Virus record (IMG/VR): IMGVR_UViG_3300043388_000012
Span: 1 to 64,000 of that record
Reading direction: 5' to 3' (one strand)
DNA: 64,000 nucleotides
DNA from: a virus
Taxonomy: Duplodnaviria > Caudoviricetes
A model generated the notes under the pieces. It searched no databases, had not been told where the DNA came from, and worked only from the letters and a program-made list of their open reading frames with translations. This document shows, piece by piece, positions 43,514 to 53,013 of this stretch; positions within the stretch are counted from its first letter, which is position 1, and the number at the start of each line of letters is the position of its first letter. Both the position numbers and the translations under genes were made by a program.

Positions 43514-45316
43514 GCACAAGTCGGCGTTCTGCATGATCACGTATAGCAACGGGGCAGAGACCGAAGAGATTTGGAACTCTCGCGATGGCGGCGCGCCAAA
43601 GGCGATCGAGTCAGCTGTCACAGGCGAGACGTTGAAGTATGTCGGAACAGGCGAACGCGTCGTTGACCATGTACCCAAAGTTGGAGATCGGATCTTCGTC
43701 GATCTGACCGACGTGAGAAAGCACGCACTCGTTAGGCAGATCTTCGAGCAACGAGAGCTGACTGATGGCGAGCAGTTGCGGCGTAAGTTTCCGACGCGAG
43801 AAGCAGCGCTCGCTAGCTTGTTGGAGTTCTTCGACGAGCATCAGCACAAGATGTCTGACTTGTTAGTTGTGACGTCTGGTTTCATCGAAGAGCTGCAGGC
43901 GAGTCGGAAGCCAGCTGAAGAACGCGACGATATTCGGTATTTCGATCGAAAGATGAAGCCGATCACGCGCGATGAATACAACCGGTTGCGGATGGACGAA
44001 CGGTATCGGCTTCTCGCTCGCAACCAACTTGGTCCAAGTACGTTCGTAGCAACGATCTGGTTAGGCTTCGACCCAGACGAGAAGAGCCAGCCGGAGATCT
44101 TCGAATCGATAGCTTACTATCGCGAAGGCGACAGTGACATGCGAGAGATCGCGAGCCGGAGCTACTACACAGAGAATGAAGCACTCGAAGGCCACTTCGA
44201 GTTAGCCGACCGAGTGAAAACCACGATCGAGCTAGCCAAAGCATTAGGCGAAGCAGGCATGTCTGAACCGACACCTGTGATCGCTCTCATGCTCGAGAGC
44301 TTGGCCAAAAAAGCAGGTCTCGAGCCTCATCCCGAAGTGATGAACGCGATGGCGGAGATGCTTGAGGAGTTGAAGCCCACAGTTGCAGCTGAAAAAGATC
44401 GAGATCGGCAAGCCTCGATAGCTGAGTTCGAACAAGCGACCGGCAGGAAAGCTTACGAGTTGAGCGGCAAGTGTCCTGTGTGCGGCGACAGAGTTGAGAT
44501 CGCAACCATCGTCGGAGGCGTAGGCTTACCGAGACCAAAAGACTTCGCGATTTGCGCTAACTGCGGATCGGTCAATCGCTACAACGACGAGATGCAGCTT
44601 CAAGTTGTCAGACCAGATGACGAAGCCGAGATCACGGTGGAGATAAGGAATCTTTCGAAAAGGATTCAGGTGCGTGGGCGAGTTCGTCACAAGAACTAAC
44701 TAGCTCTGTATGGACCGACGCCAACAAGAACTGTTTCCGAAAGAGCAGCCCGAGAAGTGGTCTCTGTATCAGAACGCGAAGCTGTACGAGCCTCCGAAGC
44801 CCCCTCTCGATGCGTCCGAGCGCGAGAGGGCTTTGGTTGCTGCGCTAGCGAAGGCGAAGGTGCAACTGCAGGAGCTCCGCGCAAGGCTCGTGCGTGCAGA
44901 CTGCATCGCGAAGACATGGATCGAAGTCCCGCATCATCCAGACACTGGTAGCTGGCGCGAAGCTCAAGTCGCGTGCGGTGAGATGATGGTCAAGGTGCTG
45001 TGCGCGGAGAACGATGTCAGCCTGTCGACTGCTTTGGCCGAATGGCGTCAACAGCAAGCGAGGCTAGATGCTGGCAGGTAGCGCGCTCGCGAGCACGGTA
45101 GATCCCACACGCACTCTGGCTCGTTGAACTGATTCAGCTTCAACTCGAAGCCGTGCGCGTACTCTCTGCCCGGTAGCTTCAGAGCCGGTCGCTTGCAGTG
45201 TACGCACTCAACGCTGAGTCCCTGCTTGCCGCCGAAGAAGCTACCGACCGGCTTCGCTGTGACGTCGATGCGCATCCCATGATCTTCCGCGTTACGCGAG
45301 CGGGCTCGCAAGATTT

Positions 45317-45334
45317 TGTATCCTCAAGGTTACA
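45317..45334. promoter_or_regulatory. Motif A site (reverse orientation)
   Basis: TGTATCCTCAAGGTTACA flanked by TTT/AAA, intergenic. Confidence 0.85.
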
Positions 45335-45724
45335 AAACTGACTTTCAACCCTAGGGCGCTGGAGCTAGCCCGGATAGGTGTTTCACATCCGGGACAGAAC
45401 GGCGAACGTTACGAGCTGTGTCTCTTTGCGGCCAAAGGGTCGACCAATGGCGGCGAATGGCTACGGCTCGATCACGGGGTCACGATGACCAAATCCTGAT
45501 TTAGCCGGCTGAAGATCGGTGTGGCATACAACTTGAGGTGATCTTGCCGATCTTAGTTGGTTTCCACGCTCACAAATGTCATACGGAACATCCTCTCGAA
45601 ACCTTCGCATTCGAGGGACACAAAAACCGGTTGTTTGAACGCCAACGTTCAAGTTGGGGTGGGGCCCGAGTATGTGCAGACTGATGGAGACCCTCCGGCA
45701 TCGCGTGCAAGGCTGGTGTCAGCC

Positions 45725-46564
45725 ATGAAGCGCTCGAAAGTTCCTCCGGGTATGTACGGCTCTGAGTCGGAGCTATGCCAGACGTTGATCGATGCCGCGC
45801 GAGCAGGCGGCTATCAAGCGCATCCAGAGTGCGGCGCATGGGACGCCATGATCGTTGATCGAGGAACCGGAGCGCAGATCGGTGTGCACTCGAAGCTCAG
45901 GCCAAACGTCGACGTTCTCTCTCAGGCTTTGGCAGACGAAAGGCTACCTGGCCCTGAGATTCACGCTGTACTTGTACCTGCCGCGTCATCGGCTTTCCTC
46001 GAGGTCGCAAAGGGGCTTCGGATCTACGTGCTGCAAGGCGTGTTCCTCGATTGGCTCGACCTCCCGGAGGTCTTCCGTTACGCGGTTCGTTGGATGCATC
46101 CGAACAGGCATTGGGTCCCTGAAGTCGAGATGCGCTTCCCCGCTGGCGTACCTGCTCCGCGCAAAATGACTCCGTGGAAGGTCGCAGCCGTGAAACTCTG
46201 CTTGATGGCTCGCGAGAAGGGCTTCGTGACGCGCGATGACATGCGCAAGTTGGAGCTCGATCCCAGATGGTGGCTAGCTCCGAAGTACGGAGCCGTTCTC
46301 ACGAAGCGCGTCGTCAATGGAGAGAAGCAACGCGGCGAGTACGTACTTCGTGACCCGTCATCGCGGCTCGTGCCGGACTTCAAGTTTCCCGAGATCACAG
46401 GAGCGCTCCAAGCTCGTGACTTGAAGGGCCCGCGCTTGCGTGTGAAGCAACCGCCGCAGAAGACGCGATCGACGTTGCTACCTCCATCGTCAGAAGCAGC
46501 CGAAGACGTGGCAACCGGGCTCCAGCTCAAGCCTGGCAATGAAAGGCTGGTCGCGTGTGACTAA
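45725..46564 (+). CDS. Degenerate PD-(D/E)xK-fold-like protein
   Basis: ESELC...WDAMIV...QIGVHSKLRPN, with His at the expected E position. Confidence 0.4.
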   Translation: MKRSKVPPGMYGSESELCQTLIDAARAGGYQAHPECGAWDAMIVDRGTGAQIGVHSKLRPNVDVLSQALADERLPGPEIHAVLVPAASSAFLEVAKGLRIYVLQGVFLDWLDLPEVFRYAVRWMHPNRHWVPEVEMRFPAGVPAPRKMTPWKVAAVKLCLMAREKGFVTRDDMRKLELDPRWWLAPKYGAVLTKRVVNGEKQRGEYVLRDPSSRLVPDFKFPEITGALQARDLKGPRLRVKQPPQKTRSTLLPPSSEAAEDVATGLQLKPGNERLVACD

Positions 46565-46738
46565 CAGAGAGGCAGCAAAGCTGTTAGCCGAGCGGCAAAA
46601 GATGTTTGCGGATCAGACGAAGATGATCTCGCACGTCGCAGATAAGGCGTTCACTGACCGAGTTCTCAAGGCCTATAGTCTAGCGATCGACGCATTGCTC
46701 AGGTCAGAAACGACGTAGCTCGCAAATAAGTCTGGTGT

Positions 46739-47089
46739 ATGAACCGGACGGACGATCGAAGGTGGGGCAGAAGCAAGTTGCTGCGGCATGGGCATCTGCT
46801 CCGCGCGTTACGTGAAGATGCCGGACTGTCTCAAGCGCGGCTCTGTCAGCGGATCGGAATGAGTCCAGCACAGCTCTCGGAAGTCGAGCGCGGGATACAA
46901 CCGCTCTCCCTCCGACGTGCAAACCAGATCGCCAAGGTGCTCGGCAGTTCGTTCGCAGAAGTTGTGCAAGCTGTGCTTCAGGATCGCGTCGAAGATGCCG
47001 GGTTCAGCGAGCTGCAGGTGTCTGTCGTTCCGATCGCGGTTACGGCGACTGTCAACGGACATTCGCACGAAGCTGACAAGCTCCCATAG
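46739..47089 (+). CDS. XRE/Cro-CI HTH regulator (repressor candidate)
   Basis: LRALREDAGLSQARLCQRIGMSPAQLSEVERGIQPLSLRRANQIAKVLG. Confidence 0.87.
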   Translation: MNRTDDRRWGRSKLLRHGHLLRALREDAGLSQARLCQRIGMSPAQLSEVERGIQPLSLRRANQIAKVLGSSFAEVVQAVLQDRVEDAGFSELQVSVVPIAVTATVNGHSHEADKLP

Positions 47090-47106
47090 TGTGGGTTTGA
47101 CAGGCT

Positions 47107-47122
47107 ATCCCTAATGCGGGAC
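47107..47122 (+). promoter_or_regulatory. Motif B operator/promoter of the lipoprotein gene
   Basis: ATCCCTAATGCGGGAC; TTGACA 47097-47102. Confidence 0.7.
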
Positions 47123-47135
47123 GCTTGTCCGCATC

Positions 47136-48035
47136 ATGGCGAAGTTGGCCCTAGCTCTGTTGATCGTGTGCTCTGGTGTCGGATGCATTGGCGCGGAGCC
47201 TGACTCGATCGAGCAGGATGTAGGCGTCGGTACGTACGATCCGGAGCCGGCTCCCATACAGAGGGTCAGCAAGCCGGTCGCAGAAGCTCCCGAGCCATCG
47301 AAGCCGGTCGAGACTACCTCGCAGCCAGCCGTGCAGCCCCTACCTGCCGCGAAGCAAGCTCCGGTCAAGGCAGAGCCGGTCGCAGCTGCTCCGACCGCTG
47401 TAGAGCCTGCAGCTCAACCCGAGCAAGCCGCACAGCCTGAACCGGAGATCGCACAGGAGCCGACTCCGGCTCCCGAGATGACTCCCCCTGTCGTCGTGCC
47501 TGTTCCGGTTCAGGCTGCTCCCGAGCCAGCTCCGGTTACACCTGTCATCGTACCTGCTCCGGAAACGCCCGTCGTGCCTACTGTGTGTCAGCCGGATGTT
47601 TGCGAAGACCCGTATCACTCATGCACTCCGCCGCAAACCGGAGCGCTCGACGAAGGTCACACCGATGCAGGTTCGTGGGCTCGTACGTACACGCTCCACT
47701 CCGTGACTGACATGGATCTCATCTCGTTACCGTTCATGATGCGTAAGAGCTCGACGCTCACAGCGAAGATCGAGACTGACTTACCTCCGGGAGACGAGTA
47801 CTTCCGTTGTGCTGGCGACTCGTACGATGACGGGCATACATGCGGAGCTGGCACAGGTTGGGTCCTGCACAAGGGATGCTTGATCATCGCCTCGGAGTTC
47901 ACGGTTACCTGCCGCGTTACGCCTCCGGCTATCTCGTTCGGCATGCTTTACCTCCTGTTTCACCAGCCTCCGACCGATGGCGAGCTGAAGATCGCCAGCC
48001 GCTGCGAGTACGATGTAGCCGTCAGTTGGCACTGA
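47136..48035 (+). CDS. Predicted lipoprotein with Pro/Glu-rich stalk and Cys-rich domain
   Basis: MAKLALALLIVCSGVGC hydrophobic leader with lipobox-like Cys. Confidence 0.6.
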   Translation: MAKLALALLIVCSGVGCIGAEPDSIEQDVGVGTYDPEPAPIQRVSKPVAEAPEPSKPVETTSQPAVQPLPAAKQAPVKAEPVAAAPTAVEPAAQPEQAAQPEPEIAQEPTPAPEMTPPVVVPVPVQAAPEPAPVTPVIVPAPETPVVPTVCQPDVCEDPYHSCTPPQTGALDEGHTDAGSWARTYTLHSVTDMDLISLPFMMRKSSTLTAKIETDLPPGDEYFRCAGDSYDDGHTCGAGTGWVLHKGCLIIASEFTVTCRVTPPAISFGMLYLLFHQPPTDGELKIASRCEYDVAVSWH

Positions 48036-48061
48036 AATCTGCGAATAGCCCTTGCGCGTGA

Positions 48062-48077
48062 GTCCCGGATAGGGGAC
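48062..48077 (+). promoter_or_regulatory. Motif B operator/promoter
   Basis: GTCCCGGATAGGGGAC; TTGCGC-17 nt-GACACT. Confidence 0.78.
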
Positions 48078-48117
48078 ACTTTACTCCAGACGAGCAAACC
48101 GCTCGGAAGGAGTAGCC

Positions 48118-49110
48118 GTGAGGAAGTTGTTTTCGCAGGTCTCGGAAGACGTCAGCTGCATCGTTGGTTGGGCCATGTTTGCGTACACGCTCGGAGGCTC
48201 GAAGCTGCATCTGATGGATGCAGTGCGGCGCATCGTGGGCAAGTCCGACCGCTGAAGCGTTGGCGCTCCCGAGTCGATCATGACTCGGGTTGCGCGAGCT
48301 CTTCAGCTCGATGGAGGTCACATGCCGCTGCATACGTACGGATTCGCAAACGAGCACAGCAACCTGATTGGCTACAAGGCCGATCAATCACGTGAAAGCG
48401 CGCGCGATTGGGCGAGAGAATGGCTCGAACAGCATCCCGAAGCGACCTGCGTTGAGGTCTGGCGAGACGGCAGGGATGAAGATGGTGAGCCGTTTCCTTC
48501 GTTCGTTGTCCGTAGAGAGCCCGCGGAGGCTCAATCATGAAGCGTGATGTTCTGATGTTTTGCGGCGGTTTTGCTGTGGCGATCGCGCTGGCTAGCCAAG
48601 CCGTGCATGCTGATCCGACTCCGGCTCTCGACCGTCAGCTGATGGATGCGATTGCGCGCTCGCTCGCCGATCAAGTTCGTGCGACAGAGAAGGTTGCGAA
48701 CGCGACTGAGCGCGTTGCAAGCCAGGTCGAACGGGCAGGAGAGCGATGCAGATGACAACTCCACAGCAGCCGGCAATCACACTCGAGATGCAGCTCAAAG
48801 GGCTCGAATGGAAGCTGCACGAGGGCCAATGGCAGCCTGTCTGTGGCACGTGCAAGGGCAACTGTGGCCAGTGCGGCTTGACCGGCATCATCGGCAACGA
48901 TGTGCAGGCGAGCATGGAAGCTCTCGCGAAGAACCTAACCAGGGGCTCGTGACGATCACTCAAGCGCTGAAGCTAGCGGAGCTCGTGCGGAAGGTTGGGC
49001 CCGAGACTCCCGCGCATGAAGCTCTAGTCACGCTAGCGGCCGCATACATCGAGCTCCTGAACCCGAAGGAGCCGAAGCCGGATAAGCGGCTAATCGGACC
49101 CAAGCGCTAA
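48118..49110 (+). other. Small-gene operon behind the motif-B promoter at 48052
   Basis: 48118-48255 (AAGGAG RBS, below ORF-track cutoff), 48280-48540, 48537-48755 (signal-peptide-like), 48746-48952, 48949-49110. Confidence 0.65.
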
Positions 49111-49811
49111 GCGCACAAAACGCTAGGCGGGCGTTTGCGTCGGCGCGTCGACTCGCAGAACTCGCACATCGTTTGGCGGCCAGTGCGGCGAACGAACGGA
49201 TCGCCGCAGCGCTTGCAGTCCGGAGTCGCGATCGTGAGCTTCCCAATCCAACTAACGTCGCCTCCGTTGTTGTCTCTGAGCTTCGAGAGCGCGCTGTTCT
49301 CGATCTGTCTGACGCGCTCACGAGTGATCGACATGTACTCGCCGATCTCCTCGAGGGTCATCCCGCATGGATGCTTGCGCACAGCATCTTTCGCAGCTGT
49401 ATGGTTATCCCACTCGAGATCCGCCCATGGGTCTGGTATGTGCGCAGGGGCTCGACCTCTCCGCTTCGGCGCAATCGGCGGCGGAGGCGGTTGGCGTACT
49501 CGGAGCCGCGGTAACGTCGGCTGCGGCGAGATGAAGGCAGGCATGATCTGCCGCACTCGGAGCCGAGGAACCGCGGGAGGCGTTGGAGGTATCTGGCGAA
49601 CTCTCAGGCGAGGCGATGCGACTGAAAAGGGAATCATCGCGACCGGAGGCGGTTGACGATTCTGGAGGCCTGAGAGAGCTGCTATCGGGGTTGTTGATCG
49701 AATTCTGTACCGCACCAGGGAGTTTTGCATCTGCCCTGCATGTAGGTGGCTAGTCACCACAAAACACTGAAGGTCGAATTCGGTTTTTGACGAACTCTTG
49801 ACGTTGAGCAA
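49107..49811 (-). CDS. Stand-alone sigma70 region-4 protein with Pro/Arg repeats and C-terminal Zn finger
   Basis: MTLEEIGEYMSITRERVRQIENSALSKLR; CKRC..CEFC; no region 2 recognised. Confidence 0.85.
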   Translation of the reverse strand: MLNVKSSSKTEFDLQCFVVTSHLHAGQMQNSLVRYRIRSTTPIAALSGLQNRQPPPVAMIPFSVASPRLRVRQIPPTPPAVPRLRVRQIMPAFISPQPTLPRLRVRQPPPPPIAPKRRGRAPAHIPDPWADLEWDNHTAAKDAVRKHPCGMTLEEIGEYMSITRERVRQIENSALSKLRDNNGGDVSWIGKLTIATPDCKRCGDPFVRRTGRQTMCEFCESTRRRKRPPSVLCA

Positions 49812-49826
49812 TCACCTTGACGTGAA

Positions 49827-49842
49827 GTCCCGGATGCGGGAC
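49827..49842 (+). promoter_or_regulatory. Motif B operator (perfect arms) between the sigma-4 and Fis-like genes
   Basis: GTCCCGGATGCGGGAC; TTGACG-17 nt-GACACT. Confidence 0.85.
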
Positions 49843-49861
49843 ACTCAAGGAGTTGAAAGGG

Positions 49862-50158
49862 ATGGTCACTGTGAAGAAAATGCTGAAGTTGCGCGCGATT
49901 CAAACGCTGCACGGTAACGAGGCGGCGACTCAGGAGATTCTGCGAGCTCTCAAGCTCTCACAAGGCAACATGCGCGATGCGTGTGCGGCGTTGGGTATCG
50001 GGAAATCTTCGATGTATCGCTTGATCGAAGACCTGAACGCACAAGCTGCGATCGACAAGCTCGTTGCCTCCCTCGGCGTGAAGATTCAGGGCAAGGAGTT
50101 GTCTGCCGCCGCAGCTCCGGTCAAGGGCCCGAAGCCGCGCGTGAAGAAGGTCGCATGA
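49862..50158 (+). CDS. Fis-type HTH protein
   Basis: ILRALKLSQGNMRDACAALGIGKSSMYRLI. Confidence 0.75.
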   Translation: MVTVKKMLKLRAIQTLHGNEAATQEILRALKLSQGNMRDACAALGIGKSSMYRLIEDLNAQAAIDKLVASLGVKIQGKELSAAAAPVKGPKPRVKKVA

Positions 50159-50508
50159 TGCTCGACGTCAGCGCGTTGCTCGAAGCTGGCTATCGTCCGC
50201 ACAAGTGTGACAACCCGGTAGCTGACAACACGGTTTATCAAAAGGTGATCCGAAGCGGGGGAGAGAAGCTCTACTTCGTCAATGTCACCTTTTGGTATTT
50301 CGATAAGCACTTTCCGGATAGAGGCGCGCAGACTAGCGCGAGTTGTGAAGCCCGGCTCTACCTGCCCGAAGCTAATCCGCTTGTAGGGTCTGCAGGCTTC
50401 ACGCTCGCACTGCATCTTGAGATGACCGCGACAGTCGCTGAAATCGAGGCGTTTTACGCTACTGCGTACAAGGCGATGCAGTGCGTGCCTGACCTGCACA
50501 ACAACTAG
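50155..50508 (+). CDS. Hypothetical protein
   Basis: ATGA-coupled to the Fis-like gene; followed by a terminator. Confidence 0.65.
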   Translation: MMLDVSALLEAGYRPHKCDNPVADNTVYQKVIRSGGEKLYFVNVTFWYFDKHFPDRGAQTSASCEARLYLPEANPLVGSAGFTLALHLEMTATVAEIEAFYATAYKAMQCVPDLHNN

Positions 50509-50525
50509 AACGCGTCGAAACGAAG

Positions 50526-50557
50526 AAGCCTGCGAGCACTTGTCTCGCAGGCTTTTT
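50526..50557. terminator. Intrinsic terminator, possibly bidirectional
   Basis: AAGCCTGCGAG-CACTTGT-CTCGCAGGCTT followed by TTT, between convergent genes. Confidence 0.8.
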
Positions 50558-50794
50558 GCGTTTGGCTCAGTGCGGCCGCAAGCTCGGATCTTCGTATCCT
50601 ATCGGGGCTTCGTCAGGGAGTTGGGCATGGGTGCCCGACCTCCTTGGCGGAGTTTTAGGCGCCTCTCAGAGCCGCAAAATGCGGTTCGAGGTGCTAACCC
50701 TCGTACGCTCGGAAGCGCGTCCGCTGCAGCCTGCTAGAGCCGTCCTTCTCTGGTCGGCTAAGGCGTTCGTCACTCGCCTCCGGTGACTCCGCTC

Positions 50795-51205
50795 CTAGCC
50801 AGAGCTGGGTAAGGAGGCATTCATGCAGTCTTCGCAGAACTCCGGATGACGCATCGTTCGGCGCGCACTCCGAAGCGAGCTCTCTCCGAGAATCGTTGCG
50901 TGAGCCGAGCACACAACTGCGTAGCGGGCTCCGCAGTCGATGCCCTGCTCCGATGCCACGTAGACAACGATCCGGGAGCCTGAAGCCGCGTAGACAGCTT
51001 CTGCGATGTGCCCTGCTTCCCTGCGCGCGGGAAACCTCCGGGCAATATGCCGCTCGCAGAGGTAACGGACTTCGCCAGTGAAGCCGCACACTCGGCAGTA
51101 GCGGCCTAGATCGACACAAGCCTTCGCAGAGTGGTCGGGAGCCGCGCAGTGCTCGCAGGCATCGCACACGGCTTGCACGATCCGGAGCTCGTTACGTTTG
51201 CCCAT
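50795..51205 (-). CDS. Cassette gene, Cys-rich, predicted leaderless
   Basis: ATG 6 nt after -10 CACACT of a motif-B promoter. Confidence 0.75.
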   Translation of the reverse strand: MGKRNELRIVQAVCDACEHCAAPDHSAKACVDLGRYCRVCGFTGEVRYLCERHIARRFPARREAGHIAEAVYAASGSRIVVYVASEQGIDCGARYAVVCSAHATILGESSLRSARRTMRHPEFCEDCMNASLPSSG

Positions 51206-51214
51206 GATCAGAGT

Positions 51215-51230
51215 GTGCCGGATACGGGAC
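51215..51230 (-). promoter_or_regulatory. Motif B operator/promoter
   Basis: GTGCCGGATACGGGAC. Confidence 0.85.
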
Positions 51231-51318
51231 ACAAAAGCAAGTCGACCCGAGCCATTTTCTGACTCCAGGTCGACTTGCTTTGGGAGGCGGCATCCTACCG
51301 CCTCTGCTGCCCTGCTCT

Positions 51319-51525
51319 TCAGTGAGCGGCTAGCTCCCGATACAGCGCGTTCGTGCGCTCGCTCGCATCGGCAAAGCTCTGCAGGGTGCGAGTGCTCTTA
51401 CTCACATCGTGCCGCTCGCTTGCGGCGTGTTCCGCCTTGAGAGCGATCGCGATATCCGCGCGGATTGCGTCGGCGGAGCGCTTGGGTTGCTTCTTCGTGG
51501 TCCGGCTTTGTTTCGTCTTCGGCAT
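51319..51525 (-). CDS. Cassette gene, predicted leaderless
   Basis: ATG 6 nt after -10 TACTCT. Confidence 0.75.
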   Translation of the reverse strand: MPKTKQSRTTKKQPKRSADAIRADIAIALKAEHAASERHDVSKSTRTLQSFADASERTNALYRELAAH

Positions 51526-51534
51526 GTGTTTAGA

Positions 51535-51550
51535 GTACCGGATGCGGGAC
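51535..51550 (-). promoter_or_regulatory. Motif B operator/promoter
   Basis: GTACCGGATGCGGGAC. Confidence 0.85.
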
Positions 51551-51590
51551 AGAATGCAAACCGACTCACGTCGATTTTGGCGCCAGTATC

Positions 51591-51833
51591 CTACACCCCT
51601 AGTTCGCGGCGAGCAGCTGCGATGGCGAGCTCCGCCGCTTCTTGCGTAGTGAAGTAGGCGATGTTCGAACCCCCGTCGACGTTCCGCACTGGCCAGCCGA
51701 GGATATCCGCCATCATCGCGACTGCGATGCGCGGGAAAGCAGCCTTCAAGCCGCGGTTCTTCGCGTAGTCTGCCGCATACGTCAGCACGGCTTGTGCCGC
51801 TGTCTTGTCGGCGGCGGTTGTCTTCTTGGCCAT
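51591..51833 (-). CDS. Cassette gene, predicted leaderless
   Basis: ATG 6 nt after -10 CACACT; MAKKTTAADK... Confidence 0.75.
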   Translation of the reverse strand: MAKKTTAADKTAAQAVLTYAADYAKNRGLKAAFPRIAVAMMADILGWPVRNVDGGSNIAYFTTQEAAELAIAAARRELGV

Positions 51834-51842
51834 GATCAGAGT

Positions 51843-51858
51843 GTGCCGGATGCGGGAC
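51843..51858 (-). promoter_or_regulatory. Motif B operator/promoter
   Basis: GTGCCGGATGCGGGAC. Confidence 0.85.
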
Positions 51859-51909
51859 AGATATGCAATCCGATTGGAGGCGGCAAAGATGCCGCCTCCG
51901 GGGGAGCTC

Positions 51910-52215
51910 TCAGACTGCGAAGGCGGCCGCAATGACAGGAGCGCACAGCCGGGCATATTCATCGCGCGCAGCGCTCCGGTTGCCTACCAAAACACCGTTC
52001 ACTTCGATTTGATCCCAAGCGCGGACATCGTTTGAGTCATACGAGGCGACTTTCATCGACACACATACTTCGATGCCGTTCGGGATCGAGAGGCAGAATG
52101 CTTTGATGTGCGTGTTCGCCATGATCTCGCCGCAGTGGTAGGCGAAGGTCGAGAGCACGTGCTCTTGAATCTGTTGTTTTGAGGTAGTAGCAACTTTGGG
52201 GGACTTCTTGCTCAT
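51910..52215 (-). CDS. Cassette gene, predicted leaderless
   Basis: ATG 6 nt after -10 CACCAT. Confidence 0.75.
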   Translation of the reverse strand: MSKKSPKVATTSKQQIQEHVLSTFAYHCGEIMANTHIKAFCLSIPNGIEVCVSMKVASYDSNDVRAWDQIEVNGVLVGNRSAARDEYARLCAPVIAAAFAV

Positions 52216-52224
52216 GTCTTTATG

Positions 52225-52240
52225 GTGCCGGATGCGGGAC
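52225..52240 (-). promoter_or_regulatory. Motif B operator/promoter
   Basis: GTGCCGGATGCGGGAC. Confidence 0.85.
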
Positions 52241-52290
52241 AGATACGCAAGCTGATTTGAGGCGGCAGGAAGCCGCCTCCGGGGAGAGCT

Positions 52291-52599
52291 TCAGCGCGGC
52301 TTGAGCGCCATATGCGGTTCGACAACGTAGTCGAAGCACTCGGATGCTTTGCCGATGATGCGCCCAACCTGTTTCCAGGACTTGGCTTGACGCACATTGC
52401 AGTCACGGTCGATGAACGCGCGCACGCCGTTCTTAGGGCAGGAGATGCGGGCATACTTGGGCCCGATAGTCGCCTCGAAGTCGCGATAGAGCGGGACCTT
52501 GCCATCACACTCGATGAGCTTGACGCGTACATTGCAGGCTTCGATGAAGGCTGCGACGAAGCCCGAGAAACTGTCAGCGGCTGAGTTGCTGTTGTCCAT
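52291..52599 (-). CDS. Cassette gene, predicted leaderless
   Basis: ATG 6 nt after -10 TACTGT; GPKYARI...VRAFID...AKSWKQ. Confidence 0.75.
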   Translation of the reverse strand: MDNSNSAADSFSGFVAAFIEACNVRVKLIECDGKVPLYRDFEATIGPKYARISCPKNGVRAFIDRDCNVRQAKSWKQVGRIIGKASECFDYVVEPHMALKPR

Positions 52600-52608
52600 G
52601 TCTAAACA

Positions 52609-52624
52609 GTACCGGATGCGGGAC
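52609..52624 (-). promoter_or_regulatory. Motif B operator/promoter
   Basis: GTACCGGATGCGGGAC. Confidence 0.85.
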
Positions 52625-52690
52625 AGATAAGCTAGGCGGTTCGAGACGATTTTGGAGGCGGCGTCCTACACACACGCCTCCGGGGGAGCT

Positions 52691-52939
52691 TCAGTGCGTG
52701 AAGCCTTCCCAGCTGCAAGCCGGTTTGCTGGCGTCCTTCCGGAAGCCAATGGCTCCGAGTTGCTCACACTGAATCCAGCCGGAGAGGGAGAGGTTTTGCC
52801 GCAAGCCGCAGCCACATTTTGGGCAAACACCAGAGGCAACGACTGCTCGCGTCTCCGCTTGTTGGGCTGCGATCCGAGCATCGCTCGCAGCGCGCTCCGC
52901 CTTGCGTGCCGATCGTTCCGTTTTGCTCATGCGTGCCAT
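52691..52939 (-). CDS. Cassette gene with Zn ribbon, leadered
   Basis: GGAG RBS before ATG 52939; CPKCG..C..C. Confidence 0.7.
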   Translation of the reverse strand: MARMSKTERSARKAERAASDARIAAQQAETRAVVASGVCPKCGCGLRQNLSLSGWIQCEQLGAIGFRKDASKPACSWEGFTH

Positions 52940-52981
52940 GCGTTTACTCCGAGGTGCGTTGCGTTGCTGACAGTTGATAGA

Positions 52982-52997
52982 GTTCCGGATACGGGAC
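52982..52997 (-). promoter_or_regulatory. Motif B operator/promoter
   Basis: GTTCCGGATACGGGAC. Confidence 0.85.
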
Positions 52998-53013
52998 AGA
53001 TACGCAAGCCGAT

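Larger units (their letters stand above)
40337..45081 (+). other. Run of hypothetical genes right of attP
   Basis: ORFs ending at 40863, 41093, 41635, 42075, 42619, 42902, 43513, 44699, 45081. Confidence 0.7.

Noticed and set aside
44710-44740. QQELF clamp-binding-like peptide at the N-terminus of ORF 44710
   Set aside because: Five-residue match with no supporting context; likely chance
18900-49340. Other CCTCGAGG occurrences (about 18906, 33417, 45997, 49329)
   Set aside because: They lack the TGTA/TACA arms of motif A
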